Source: Callorhinchus milii
Lineage: Eukaryota
Assembly: GCF_018977255.1 (NCBI RefSeq)
Contig: NW_024704757.1
Span: forward strand, 7,564,001 to 7,628,000
DNA length: 64,000 nt
Direction of reading: 5' to 3'
The translations under genes and the position numbers were made by a program. The notes under the pieces were generated by a model. It had not been told where the DNA came from. It saw only the letters and a program-made list of their open reading frames with translations, and did no database searches. Within the stretch, counting starts at the first letter, position 1; each line of letters begins with the position of its first letter. Shown here piece after piece: positions 25,871-37,260 of the stretch.

Positions 25871-26574
25871 TTTCCTCCAGGGTTGAAGGTTGATTTGCTG
25901 TAATAAATCCAAATTGTTAATTGCTCTTTCTATTTCTGGTGAAAATAGATCGAACGATAATCGTTCCCCTTTCGTTTCGTGATCATTTTCACCAATTTCG
26001 CATCAGATTTACATTCGATTGAGTAAATATTTCCAAGGAAGCAATGAGATCTTCAGACTTAGTCTCATGCCTGGACCTCTCTGGCTGCTTGGATTGTAGT
26101 CATTTGTTCTATTCTGGAAACTTTTCCCTGTTGCCACTCTCACAGTTCACAAGTCTCACTCGTTACACATCACCTGCAGCTTCCAACCCGGATTTGCATT
26201 GTTTTGTGGTTAAAAAACACACACACACACACACAAGTCTTATTCTTTTGGGAGAGCATCGAGTTCAGGTTAGCGTTTGGAAGAAAGAGATCGTCACTTT
26301 CCTGGCAACTCAACCTGAGCCCATGGATCAGCCGCGACCGAGCAACAACCAAACCAGATGGGAGTAAAAGATTTATTTTGTTTATTACCTGAAATATCTC
26401 AAACCGGGACTGAACCGTGTGGATCGGGAGCGGCGCTGGAACCGGAGATGGTGACTGTGTTTGTCGTCAAATGGGTGATAGACGTGGTATTGTGTTGAGT
26501 GGGAGCGGCAATACCTCTCCCACCTGCGGATTCCGGATGTTATCTGATTACTTGTGTCAGTGGGGAGTGTGGGT

Positions 26575-27968
26575 TGGGCTGGAGCTGATGGTTGGCATTG
26601 GAGGCTGAGCCTGAGGGTTGGAGCTGAGGGTTGGGGGTGGGGGGCTGGGGGCTGGAGGTGGGGGCTGGGGGCTGGAGGTGGAGCTGGGGGTTGGGGGCTG
26701 GAGGTTGGAGGTGGGGGCTGGGGTTGGGGGCTGGAGGTTGGAGGTGGGGGCTGGAGATTGGGGGCTGGAAGTTGGGGCTGGAGATTGGGGGCTGGAGGTT
26801 GGAGGTGGGGGCTGGAGGTTGGAGGTGGGGGCTGGAGGTTGGGGCTGCAGGTTGGAGGTGGGGGCTGGAGATTGGGGGCTGGAGGTTGGAGGTGGGGGCT
26901 GGGGGTTGGGGGCTGGAGGTTGGAGGTGGGGGCTGGAGATTGGGGGCTGGAGGTTGGAGCTGGAGATTGGGGGCTGGAGGTTGGAGGTTGGGGGCTGGAG
27001 GTTGGAGGTGGGGGCTGGAGGTTGGGGTGGGGGCTGGAGGTTGGGGGCTGGAGGTTGGAGGTGGGGGCTGGAGGTTGGGGCTGGAGGTTGGTGGGGGCTG
27101 GAGATTGGGGGCTGGAGGTTGAGGCTGGGGCTGGAGGTTGAGGGTGGAGGTTGGGGCTGGAGGTTGAGGCTGGGCTGGAGGTTGGAGGTTGGGGCTGGAG
27201 GTTGGGGGCTGGAGGTTGGAGGTGGGGGCTGGGGGCTGGATGTTGGAGGTGGGGGCTGGAGGTGGGGGCTGGGGTTGGGGGCTGGAGGTTGGAGGTGGGG
27301 GCTGGAGATTGGGGGCTGGAGGTTGGAGGTGGGGGCTGGAGATTGGGGTTGGAGGTGGGGGCTGGAGGTTGGAGGTGGGGCTGGAGGTTGGGGGCTGGAG
27401 GTTGGGGGCTGGAGGTTGGAGGTGGGGGTTGGAGGTTGGGGGCTGGAGGTTGGAGGTGGGGCTGGAGGTTGGAGGTGGAGGTTGGGGGCTGGAGGTTGGG
27501 GGCTGGAGGTTGGGGTGGGGGCTGGAGGTTGGGGGCTGGAGGTTGGAGGTTGGGGGCTGGAGATTGGGGTTGGAGGTTGGGGGCTGGAGGTTGGAGGTGG
27601 AGGTTGGGGGCTGGAGGTTGGGGGCTGGAGGTTGGAGGTTGGGGGCTGGGGGTTGGAGGTGGGGGCTGGAGGTTGGAGGTGGGGCTGGGGTTGGAGGTGG
27701 GGGCTGGAGGTTGGAGGTGGGGGCTGGAGGTTGGGGATTGACATTGACATTCCACCTCTGAGAGTTGGACAGCAGTGTTAACAAACATTACCTGGAGTGT
27801 GCGTTTGTGGTTGGGGCTGGGGGTTGGGATTGGAGGCTGGAGGTTGGGGATTGGAGGCTGAGGGTTGGAGGTTGGGATCTGGGGTTGGAGGTTGGGATTG
27901 GGGCTGGAGGTTGGGATGGGGGGCTGGGGGTTGGAGGTTGGGATAGGGGGCTGGGGGTTGGGGGTTTG
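26575..27968 (+). repeat. G-rich minisatellite (GGAGGTT/GGGGGCT/GGAGGTG heptamer-like units), interrupted by a 67-bp cassette at 27743-27809
   Basis: Read directly from sequence; produces the spurious Pro-rich and Gly/Trp-rich ORFs. Confidence 0.95.
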
Positions 27969-28520
27969 GACACCAGAGCCCCAGGCGTGGGGCTTGGGAG
28001 ACATCACCCTTCAAATGGGTGGAGTGGGCGGCACAGGCACAACACATTCCTGAATCGTTTCTTCTCAGTGGAAAATCCACAGTATTTTTTTGTTAAAAAC
28101 AGGTATTTTTTGTTACAACAGAGCCGGATAATTAAGATAGCAATTCATCTCTTTGAGGTGTGGTGTTGCTGAGCGGTGCAGTGGGTCTCTGGCTCTCCCG
28201 AGTGACAACTCCAAGACCACGTAGCAGCGATTTTATCCACAATCTCTTCACTCTTCGCTGACGAACAAGATCTTAAAAATCACGTTTTTTTTAAAAAATG
28301 GTTATTTAGGTGATAGAGACGTAATATTGAATGCAAGGACTATTATATTATCATTAAGATCTATTTCTTCCACTGTTTCCAGCCACCTCCACCCCCCCCC
28401 AACACATGTGTCCACATTGGGAAGCCATCATCAGACTTGAGTATCCAAACCAGATTGACATTCCACCTCTGAGAGTTGGACAGCAGTGTTAACAAACATT
28501 ACCTGGAGTGTGCGTTTGTG

Positions 28521-30418
28521 GTTGGGGCTGGGGGTTGGGATTGGAGGCTGGGGATTGGAGGCTGAGGGTTGGAGGTTGGGATCTGGGGTTGGAGGTTGGG
28601 ATTGGGGGCTGGGGGTTGGAGGTTGGGATTGGAGGCTGGGGGTTGGAGGTTGGGGTTGGGGGCTGGAGGTTGGGATGGGGGGCTGGGATTGGAGGTTGGG
28701 ATTGGAGGCTGGGTGTTGGAGGTTCGGATGGGGGGTTGGAGGCTGGGGATTGGAGGCTGAGGGTTGGAGGTTGGGATCAGGGGTTGGAGGTTGGGATTGG
28801 GGGCTGGGGGTTGGAGGTTGGGATTGGAGGCTGGGGGTTGGAGGTTGGGGGCTGGAGGTTGGGATGGGGTTGGGATGGGGGGCTGGGGGTTGGAGGTTGG
28901 GATGGTGGGTTGGAGGTTGGGATGGGGGGCTGGGGGTTGGGATGGGGGGCTGGGGGTTGGAGGTTGGAGGTTGGAATGGGGGGCTGGGGGTTGGAGGTTG
29001 GGATGGGGGGCTGGGGGTTGGAGGTTGGGATTGGAGGCTGGGGGTTGGGATGGGGGGCTGGGGATTCGAGGTTGGGATTGGAGGCTGGGTGTTGGGAGGT
29101 TGGGATGGGGGCTGGGGTTGGGATTGGGGGCTGGGGGTTGGGATGGGGGGCTGGGGGTTGGAGGCTGGGGGTTGGAGGTTGGGATGGGGGGCTGGGGTTG
29201 GAGGTTGGGATGGGGGCTGGGGGTTGGAGGTTGGGATGGGGGGCTGGTGGTTGGAGGTTGGGATGGGGGGCTGGTGGTTGGAGGTTGGGTTGGGGGCTGG
29301 GGGTTGGAATGGGGGCTGGGGGTTGGGATTGGGGGCTGGAGGTTGGGATGGGGGGCTGGGGGTTGGAGGCTGGGGGGGGTTGGAGGCTGGGGGCGGTTGG
29401 AGGCTGGGGGGGGTTGGAGGTTGAGATGGGGGCTGGGGGTTGGAGGTTGGGATGGGGGCTGGTGGTTGGAGGCTGGGGGTTGGAGGTTGGTAGGGGGTTG
29501 GGGTGGGGGCTGGTGGTTGGGTGTTGGGATGGGGGGCTGGGGGTTGGAGGTTGGGATGGGGCGCTGGAGGTTGGGATTGGGGGCTGGTGGTTGGAGGTTG
29601 GGATTGGGGGCTGGGGTTTGGAGGCTGGGGGTTTGGAGGTTGGGATGGGGGGCTGGTGGTTGGAATGGGGGTTGGAGGTTGGGATGGGGCGCTGGGGGTT
29701 GGGATGGAGGGCTGGGGGTTGGAGGTTGGGATGGGGGCTGGGGGTTGGGATGGGGGCTGGTGGTTGGAGGTTAGGATGGGGGTTGGAGGTTGGGATGGGG
29801 GGCTGGGGGTTGGGATGGGGGGCTGGGGGTTGGGATGGGGGGCTGGGGTTTGGGATGGGGGCTGGGGTTGGAGGTTGGGATGGGGGGTTGGTGGTTGAGA
29901 TGGGGGGCTGTCGGTTGGGATGGGGGGTTGGAGGTTGGGCTGGGGCTGGGAGTTGGGATGGGGGGGTTGGGATGGGGGGCTGGGGGTTGGGATGGGGGCT
30001 GGGGGTTGGAGGTTGGGATGGGGGCTGGGGGTTGGGATGGGGGGCTGGGGGTTGGAGGTTGGGATGGGGGGCTGGGGGTTGGAATGGGGGCTGGGGGTTG
30101 GGATGGGGGCTGGGGGTTGGAGGTTGGGATGGGGGGCTGGGGGTTGGGATGGGGGGCTGGGGGTTGGGATGGGGGCTGGGGGTTGGAGTTGGGATGGGGG
30201 CTGGGGGTTGGGATGGGGGCTGGGGTTGGGATGGGGGCTGGGGGTTGGGATGGGGGGCTGGGGGTTGGGGGATGGGGGGCTGGGGGTTGGATGGGGTTGG
30301 GTTGGATGGGGCTGGGGGTTGGGATGGGGGGTTGGAGGTTGGGATGGGGGCTGGGGGTTGGGATGGGGGGCTGGGGGTTGGGATGGGGGGCTGGGGGTTG
30401 GGATGGGGGGCTGGGGGT
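28521..30418 (+). repeat. ~1.9-kb G-rich minisatellite at the duplication junction (GGGAT-GGGGGGCT-GGGGGTT/GGAGGTT units)
   Basis: Read directly from sequence; no counterpart after unit B. Confidence 0.95.
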
Positions 30419-31662
30419 TGGTTCGACGCATGCGTACCGCGAGTACGCATGCGTCGAACCAGCTCTGCCTGACCCCCCCCCCCCATCCGCTACTGGGAGT
30501 CGTTGTCTTTCCGTCTCCTCGCCGCTTCCTAACTGTGCGCATGCGGAGAAGGTGGGTCTGAAGGAGTCTGGGAGTTGTAGTGTATGTGATGTCACTCTGG
30601 CTACATGTGACAAATATTTTGGAAGACACGCAATGTAATGGGTTCATCCAATGAACCGTCGAATGTCGCTCAAGACCCTTTTGGTTTAAAAAATGTAAAT
30701 GATTTGATTATTTCAGTCCAACTTGTTAAATTGTAATCCCTATTTCTGCTGCTGGTTTTGTATAAAATATATATTAACTATGATAATAGCCCCAAAAAAT
30801 ATACGGTCAATTCGCTTTACAGTACATTCTGTGACGCGCTTCGAGACGTCTCGAAGACGTGATGAGGCGCCTTATCAAATATAGGGATTATTATGGTACT
30901 GGGTTAGTGCGTGGTACGTCCATTCAACGTGAAAAGTGCTATACAAATGGTTCCGCCATTGTCTCTCACCCCCGGCCGCCAAGACCCTCATCCACACATT
31001 AATCACCATCCAGGCTCTACGCAAACTCCCTGCTTGTCGGCCTCCCCAATTCCTCCCTCCATAGGCTGCAGATCATCCAGAACTCTTCACACCAGGCTCT
31101 GGCGACCCTGCCACCCCATCCTCGCCCGACTCCACTGGCTTCCCATCACACAGAGGATATGGTTCAAGATCCTGGTCCTCAGCTTCAGAGCTCTCCATGG
31201 CTTCGCTCCTCCCTACCTTTGTGACCTCCTAAATTGCTACTAACCTGTCCGCTCCTCCCGGTCTGTGGGCTCCAGCCTGCATCACATCCCCTGCCATGCC
31301 AGCTTCACCATTGGCGGGCGGGCCTTCATTGCCTAATCTCCAATTTCAAGTCATTTCCCATCCAGTATTTAACCAATTCCCCCAAATAATCAAATGAACA
31401 AAGAATTCTGGTTGGCTGAAACAGCCGTTAATACATTTTAATTTTTTTTGTGAGTGATAGTTTAAACAGATTACAGAGGAGATGAAAAAAGAGAAGTGAA
31501 ATCTAAACTGGAATCAAACAGGCAACGATTTGGCACCAAACATGTTCTGAGGAAAGAGTCTGTGACATGCCTCAGAGTAAGAGTTCAAAAGCAGAGATAG
31601 TATTTGCAATAATAAAGCCCGCACCACATGATTTAATTCCTTCAAAAAATAATAATAAATTG

Positions 31663-32177
31663 GTCATCCAAAAGGTAGCGTGCAGATGTCGCTCGCAAGG
31701 CTCGTACTGTTTCTCCACACCAGTTAAAATTTGTGAAGCATACGCGACTGGCATAATGGTCCCTTGAACATCCTGGCATAAAACTGCTGCTAGACTTTCT
31801 GCTGTTCCGGCAACTTCCAAGTGGAAGGACTGATGAGGGTCTGGGTACACCAGACATGTCGCTTGCATAACTACCATTTTCAGCTGTTCAAAGAAGGTTG
31901 TATGAACTTCTTCCCAGAGTTGGATGAGATCATCAGAATGCTTTTTGAGTAACTCGTATAGAGGTTTAGCTAGTTTGGCAAACTGAGGATTGAAAGAGCG
32001 TTGATATCCAACCAGTCCAAGAAACGATCGTAGCGCTGTTTTGCACACTGGTAGGGGAAGTCATTGAATATTATTAACCTTGTAGCAGTCCGGGGAGCGT
32101 CCTTCTGATGATAAATGTACTCTGAGGAAATTAACCTCCGAATGCAGAATTTGAGCTTTGTGTGGGTTCATTTTCAA
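31663..32177 (-). mobile_element. Retrovirus-like pol fragment, copy B
   Basis: Duplicate of 21800-22314 (ORF 31572-32048 identical in the track). Confidence 0.85.
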
Positions 32178-33024
32178 TTTTGATTCATATAAACAAAATT
32201 AACAACTTAATGTTTACAATTTTATGCAGCTCTGCCTTAAAGCGTTTCATTACATATATCATATTCTAACAGTAGTGGCGGAGTCGAGCAATGTTACAGA
32301 GGTGAGGGAAGGCAGAGCGGGTCATGGCTTCGATGTGGGGAAGAAAAGACAGTTGAGGGTCGAACAAGACACCGAGGTTCCTGACTGGCTTTGGTGAGTT
32401 GAAGTGTGTAACCATGGAGGTTGATGCTGCCAGAGCCTGAGGTGCTGAGGCGCTGGCGAGAGCCAATCAGGAGGGCCTCAGTCTTGTTCACATTCAACTG
32501 TTGGAAATTTGCCCTCATCCAGGACTTGATGTCCGACAGACAGTCTGTCAGGACATCAGTGGTCCTGGAGTTGAGGGTGGAGGCAGAGAGATAGAGTTGG
32601 GTGTCAACCACATACATATGGAAGTTGACCTCGTGTCTGCGGATGATATCACCAAGGGGGAGCATGTAGATATTAAAGAGGAGAGGGCCAAGGACAGAGC
32701 CCTGGGGGACGCCAGATGTGACAGTGCGGGGGCTGGAGGAGAAACTGTTAGAAGCAACTTTTCTACAGTTGAATGTGAACAAGACTTGCAGACATGATAA
32801 GGCGCTATATCAAATGCAAGGAATATTATTATTATTATCCAATAAAGCTTTCAGCAGTTCTTTTCCATTCTAACATTCTTATTAAGATTTGAGATTATGT
32901 GTGTGCAAATGTTTTAGAGGTGTGTGAATGTGTGTATATGTCTATATATATATGTACATGTATGTGTTCATATGTGGATCTGAGCATTTGTATACCTAAG
33001 TGTGTACCTTTAAGAGGTTTCCTG

Positions 33025-34041
33025 TCACTGTTCTCCATCAGGGAACAGATATATGGGCTTTGGGTAACCAAAGAGGGTAAAGTCAGGTTTGTAAAGTTGA
33101 TATAACTTTTCCCTCCAAGGTTTTGGAATGATCTTGAACCATTGCTCCACGTAGCTGGTGGTTGTTTGGTTTGGATATTTGGATGGGAATTCAAAATATT
33201 TTTCTGCATTTAGGAGTTGGAGCAAGTAAGCGGTGTCTTCATCCAATGTCTCTAATTTACCAATAAAATCATACTTGATATGACACGGGTGACAGAGCCG
33301 GTACATCTGGCGCCAGTGGTCATCAAAAGCAATCTCCTTCTCAGTTTGGGTATCCAACAAATACTGGACAAAATGAGAGAAGGTGGGTTTGACGCCCTCT
33401 TCTTCTGCTTTCTCAGCAGAAATGGGAGGGTGGGAGATATTTCCATACATCTTGAGCATCCTGAATGAATAAGGGTAGAATACTTTGTTTACACGTGCAA
33501 TCTTATCTCGGAATGCAGAAATCAGCCTGACAAAGGGATCTCGCACAAATAGAAACTTCTTGTAATCCTTCAGCTTGTTGAGAACCGTGTCTCTGTTTAC
33601 TTTTCTTTGCAGTCTGGTGAAGTAATTATGGACAAAATCTTGGTTGATACTTTCTGGTTCGTGAAATCCTAAATTGTTATTCAGCACAAAGAGGACTCGC
33701 TTCCACTGCGTACAGGCCACTTTGGGAACAAAACAGTAGATCACCTTGAGTTTGTCGATTACAATTAAATTCCTAAACTCGTTGTTTGGAATTTTGGTAA
33801 AGTTGCGACTTTTCCCTGGGAAGCTATATTCAGAATCTGTGCACAGATCCTCTAGTCTTTTCCTCCTTTCTTCCTGCACCTGTCTTGGAGCGGCTTTGGA
33901 CCTGGCAACTCTGAGGTAGAAGGCATGAATATCTGAGATCGCACTCTTGGGCATATCTCCCATCCTTCCTGGAAACAAGTATAGAATAGCCAGCATAACA
34001 ATGACCAGGAAGCCGAAATGACAGAATCTTACTTGTCGCAT
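33025..34041 (-). CDS. CHST12: Carbohydrate sulfotransferase 12-like, copy B, 338 aa
   Basis: Same protein as copy A except K87N (plus-strand 23935 t vs 33781 g); offset 9846 bp. Confidence 0.88.
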   Translation of the reverse strand: MRQVRFCHFGFLVIVMLAILYLFPGRMGDMPKSAISDIHAFYLRVARSKAAPRQVQEERRKRLEDLCTDSEYSFPGKSRNFTKIPNNEFRNLIVIDKLKVIYCFVPKVACTQWKRVLFVLNNNLGFHEPESINQDFVHNYFTRLQRKVNRDTVLNKLKDYKKFLFVRDPFVRLISAFRDKIARVNKVFYPYSFRMLKMYGNISHPPISAEKAEEEGVKPTFSHFVQYLLDTQTEKEIAFDDHWRQMYRLCHPCHIKYDFIGKLETLDEDTAYLLQLLNAEKYFEFPSKYPNQTTTSYVEQWFKIIPKPWREKLYQLYKPDFTLFGYPKPIYLFPDGEQ

Positions 34042-36433
34042 TTTTCCACTTAATCAGATGATACGTCCAATGACAAAATCTTCAAATGGACAGTTCTTCC
34101 ACCTTTAAACCAAAAACATAATGACACATGAGCTGATAGGAGCTGATAAATATCCCAAATAACACCGTAGATTTCATCAATCCAATTGCCTCCATAATCC
34201 CAATTCACACCCCTCTGCCCCCACTCCCTACAACCCCTTCCCGGAGTCCCTTTGCCTTGCCCCTTTCCTCCTTCAAGGTCCATCTCGAGGCCTTCCTCTT
34301 TCACCATGTCTTCGGTCATCTTTCCACTCCTGCCCCATTGCCCACCACCCTTCTTAATCCAAGCCCCAGCTGAGGTGCAAAACATCAACTGTCCAGCGTC
34401 GTGGGATGCCCTTCTGACTTGAAAGGTGCTATATAAGGGCAATTATTTGTTAATGTATCATTTCTCTCTATGTCTCTTGAACTCTCATCCATTGACACCC
34501 ATATTTGTGAATATGATGGACAGAAATAGTTGCTGACTGTGGATTGACTGACTCAACAAATGACATATCTGACACATGAAGTAAAACTCGAATCATCAGG
34601 AACAGTGGACAAACAGCTCCTACTGTATGGGGAGCATTGGTATGAGTCTCCTCTATCACTTTACTGTAACTTCCTCTATCACTTTGCTGTTTACTTATGC
34701 CCACAAAATACACAGTCAATCCACTTTGCAGTATATAATAATCCTTACATTTGATATAGCGCTTTTCAGATCTTCTAGAAGTCTCAAAGCGCTTCATAGA
34801 ATAGACTGTAAAGTGAACTGACTGTATATTTGTGGGCGAAATGCGGCAGCCAATTGCGCACAGCAATGTCTCACAAACAGTCGTGGATTGAAATGACCAA
34901 TTTATTATTGGTTATTTTTGAGGGATTATTATCAGGCATGTGGAGTAAGGAAACTTGCCCAAGGTATCGCCCTGCCGGGAATCAAATACAGGTCTCTCGC
35001 TTGCAAAGTGAGTGCATTAACCACTGAGCTACAGGACTCCAGAACTAAAAACAAGCTCACAGTATATTCTGTGAAGTGCTTTGAGGCATCTGTAGGATGT
35101 GATAAGGTATCAATGGATGAGAGTTCAAGTGAGATAGAGAAAAATATATAAATTAACAGCAACAAATTGCACTTATAAAGCACCTTATCAAGGAAATTAT
35201 TATTATTGTTATTACAGAGCAGGTCACTTCACAACATGACAGAAGAGAGAGTTTTAAATCCAAATTTGCAGAAGGCAAAGTTAGGAGGCACAGTAAATTG
35301 TTAGAGATGGGAGCAGGAAGTTACAAGGGATTTAGACAGATTAAGTGAGTGCGCAAAACTGTGGCAGATGGAATTTATTTTGGAAGGTGTGAGTCATCCA
35401 CTATGGATCCAAAAATGACAAAATAGAATATTTTCTAAATGGGGAGAAATTAAAAACTGTGGAAAAGCAAAGGGATTTGGGTGTCCACGTATACAAATCA
35501 CTAAAAACAAGCTCAACAGGTACACAAAGTTATCAAAAGTTTATGAAATGTTGGCCTTTATCTCAAGGCGGGTGGATTATGAAGGAGAGGAACTGATGCT
35601 TCAACTATATAGAGCTTTGGTCAGACCTCATCTGGAGCCTGTGATCAGTTTTGGGCACCGCACCTCAGAGGGGGCGCAACACAGGTTCACCAGAATGATT
35701 ACATGGTTAAATTGGGAGGACAGGTCACGCAGATTTCCTCCAGGGTAAAAGGTTGATTTGCTGTAATAAATCCAAATTGTTAATTGCTCTTTCTATTTCT
35801 GGTGAAAATAGATCGAACGATAATCGTTCCCCTTTCGTTTCGTGATCATTTTCACCAATTTCGCATCAGATTTACATTCGATTGAGTAAATATTTCCAAG
35901 GAAGCAATGAGATCTTCAGACTTAGTCTCATGCCTGGACCTCTCTGGCTGCTTGGATTGTAGTCATTTGTTCTATTCTGGAAACTTTTCCCTGTTGCCAC
36001 TCTCACAGTTCACAAGTCTCACTCGTTACACATCACCTGCAGCTTCCAACCCGGATTTGCATTGTTTTGTGGTTAAAAAACACACACACACACAAGTCTT
36101 ATTCTTTTGGGAGAGCATCGAGTTCAGGTTAGCGTTTGGAAGAAAGAGATCGTCACTTTCCTGGCAACTCAACCTGAGCCCATGGATCAGCCGCGACCGA
36201 GCAACAACCAAACCAGATGGGAGTAAAAGATTTATTTTGTTTATTACCTGAAATATCTCAAACCGGGACTGAACCGTGTGGATCGGGAGCGGCGCTGGAA
36301 CCGGAGATGGTGACTGTGTTTGTCGTCAAATGGGTGATAGACGTGGTATTGTGTTGAGTGGGAGCGGCAATACCTCTCCCACCTGCGGATTCCGGATGTT
36401 ATCTGATTACTTGTGTCAGTGGGGAGTGTGGGT

Positions 36434-37260
36434 TGGGCTGGAGCTGATGGTTGGCATTGGAGGCTGAGCCTGAGGGTTGGAGCTGGGGCTGAGGGTTGGG
36501 GGCTGGGGGTGGGGGCTGGAGGTTGGGGTTGGGGGCTGGAGGTTGGAGGTGGGGGCTGGGGTTGGAGGTGGGGGCTGGGGGTTGGAGGTGGGGCTGGGGT
36601 TGGAGGTGGGGGCTGGGGTTGGAGGTGGGGGCTGGGGTTGGGGGCTGGGGGTTGGAGGTGGGGGTGGAGGTTGGAGGTGGGGCTGGGGTTGGAGGTGGGG
36701 GCTGGGGTTGGAGGTGGGGGCTGGGGTTGGAGGTGGGGGCTGGGGGTTGGAGGTGGGGGCTGGGGTGGGAGGTGGGGGTTGGAGGTGGGGGCTGGGGGTT
36801 GGAGGTGGGGGCTGGGGTTGGAGGTGGGGGCTGGGGTTGGAGGTGGGGCTGGAGGTTGGGGATTGACATTGACTTTCCACCTCTGAGAGTTGGACAGCAG
36901 TGTTAACAAACATTACCTGGAGTGTGCGTTTGTGGTTGGGGCTGGGGGTTGGGATTGGAGGCTGGAGATTGGAGGCTGAGGGTTGGAGGTTGGGATTGGG
37001 GGCTGGGGGTTGGAGGTTGGGATTGGAGGCTGGGGGTTGGAGTTTGGGATCTGGGGTTGGAGGTTGGGATTGGGGGCTGGAGGTTGGGATGGGGGCTGGG
37101 GTTGGGATGGGGGGCTGGGGGTTGGAGGTTGGGATGGGGGGCTGGGGGTTGGAGGCTGGGGTTTGGAGGTTGGGATGGGGGGCTGGAGGTTGGGATGGGG
37201 GGCTGGGGGTTGGGATGGGGGGCTGGGGGTTGGGATTGGGGGCTGGGGGCTGGGGGTTTG
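36434..37260 (+). repeat. G-rich minisatellite in unit B, interrupted by the cassette at 36868-36934
   Basis: Paralogue of 26575-27968 with different tract lengths. Confidence 0.95.

Larger units (their letters stand above)
20573..28520. repeat. Tandem segmental duplication, unit A
   Basis: Co-linear near-identity with 30436-37815, from 'accgcgagtacgcatg' to '...gtgtgcgtttgtg'; the ORF track repeats accordingly. Confidence 0.95.

Noticed and set aside
28521-30418. Interstitial telomere or telomerase healing
   Set aside because: No TTAGGG arrays; the units derive from the adjacent local minisatellite.
26385-30647. Long Pro/Gln-rich and Gly/Trp-rich ORFs (up to 738 aa) on both strands
   Set aside because: They are open in nearly all frames because the G-rich minisatellite lacks stop codons, and their lengths differ between the duplicates.
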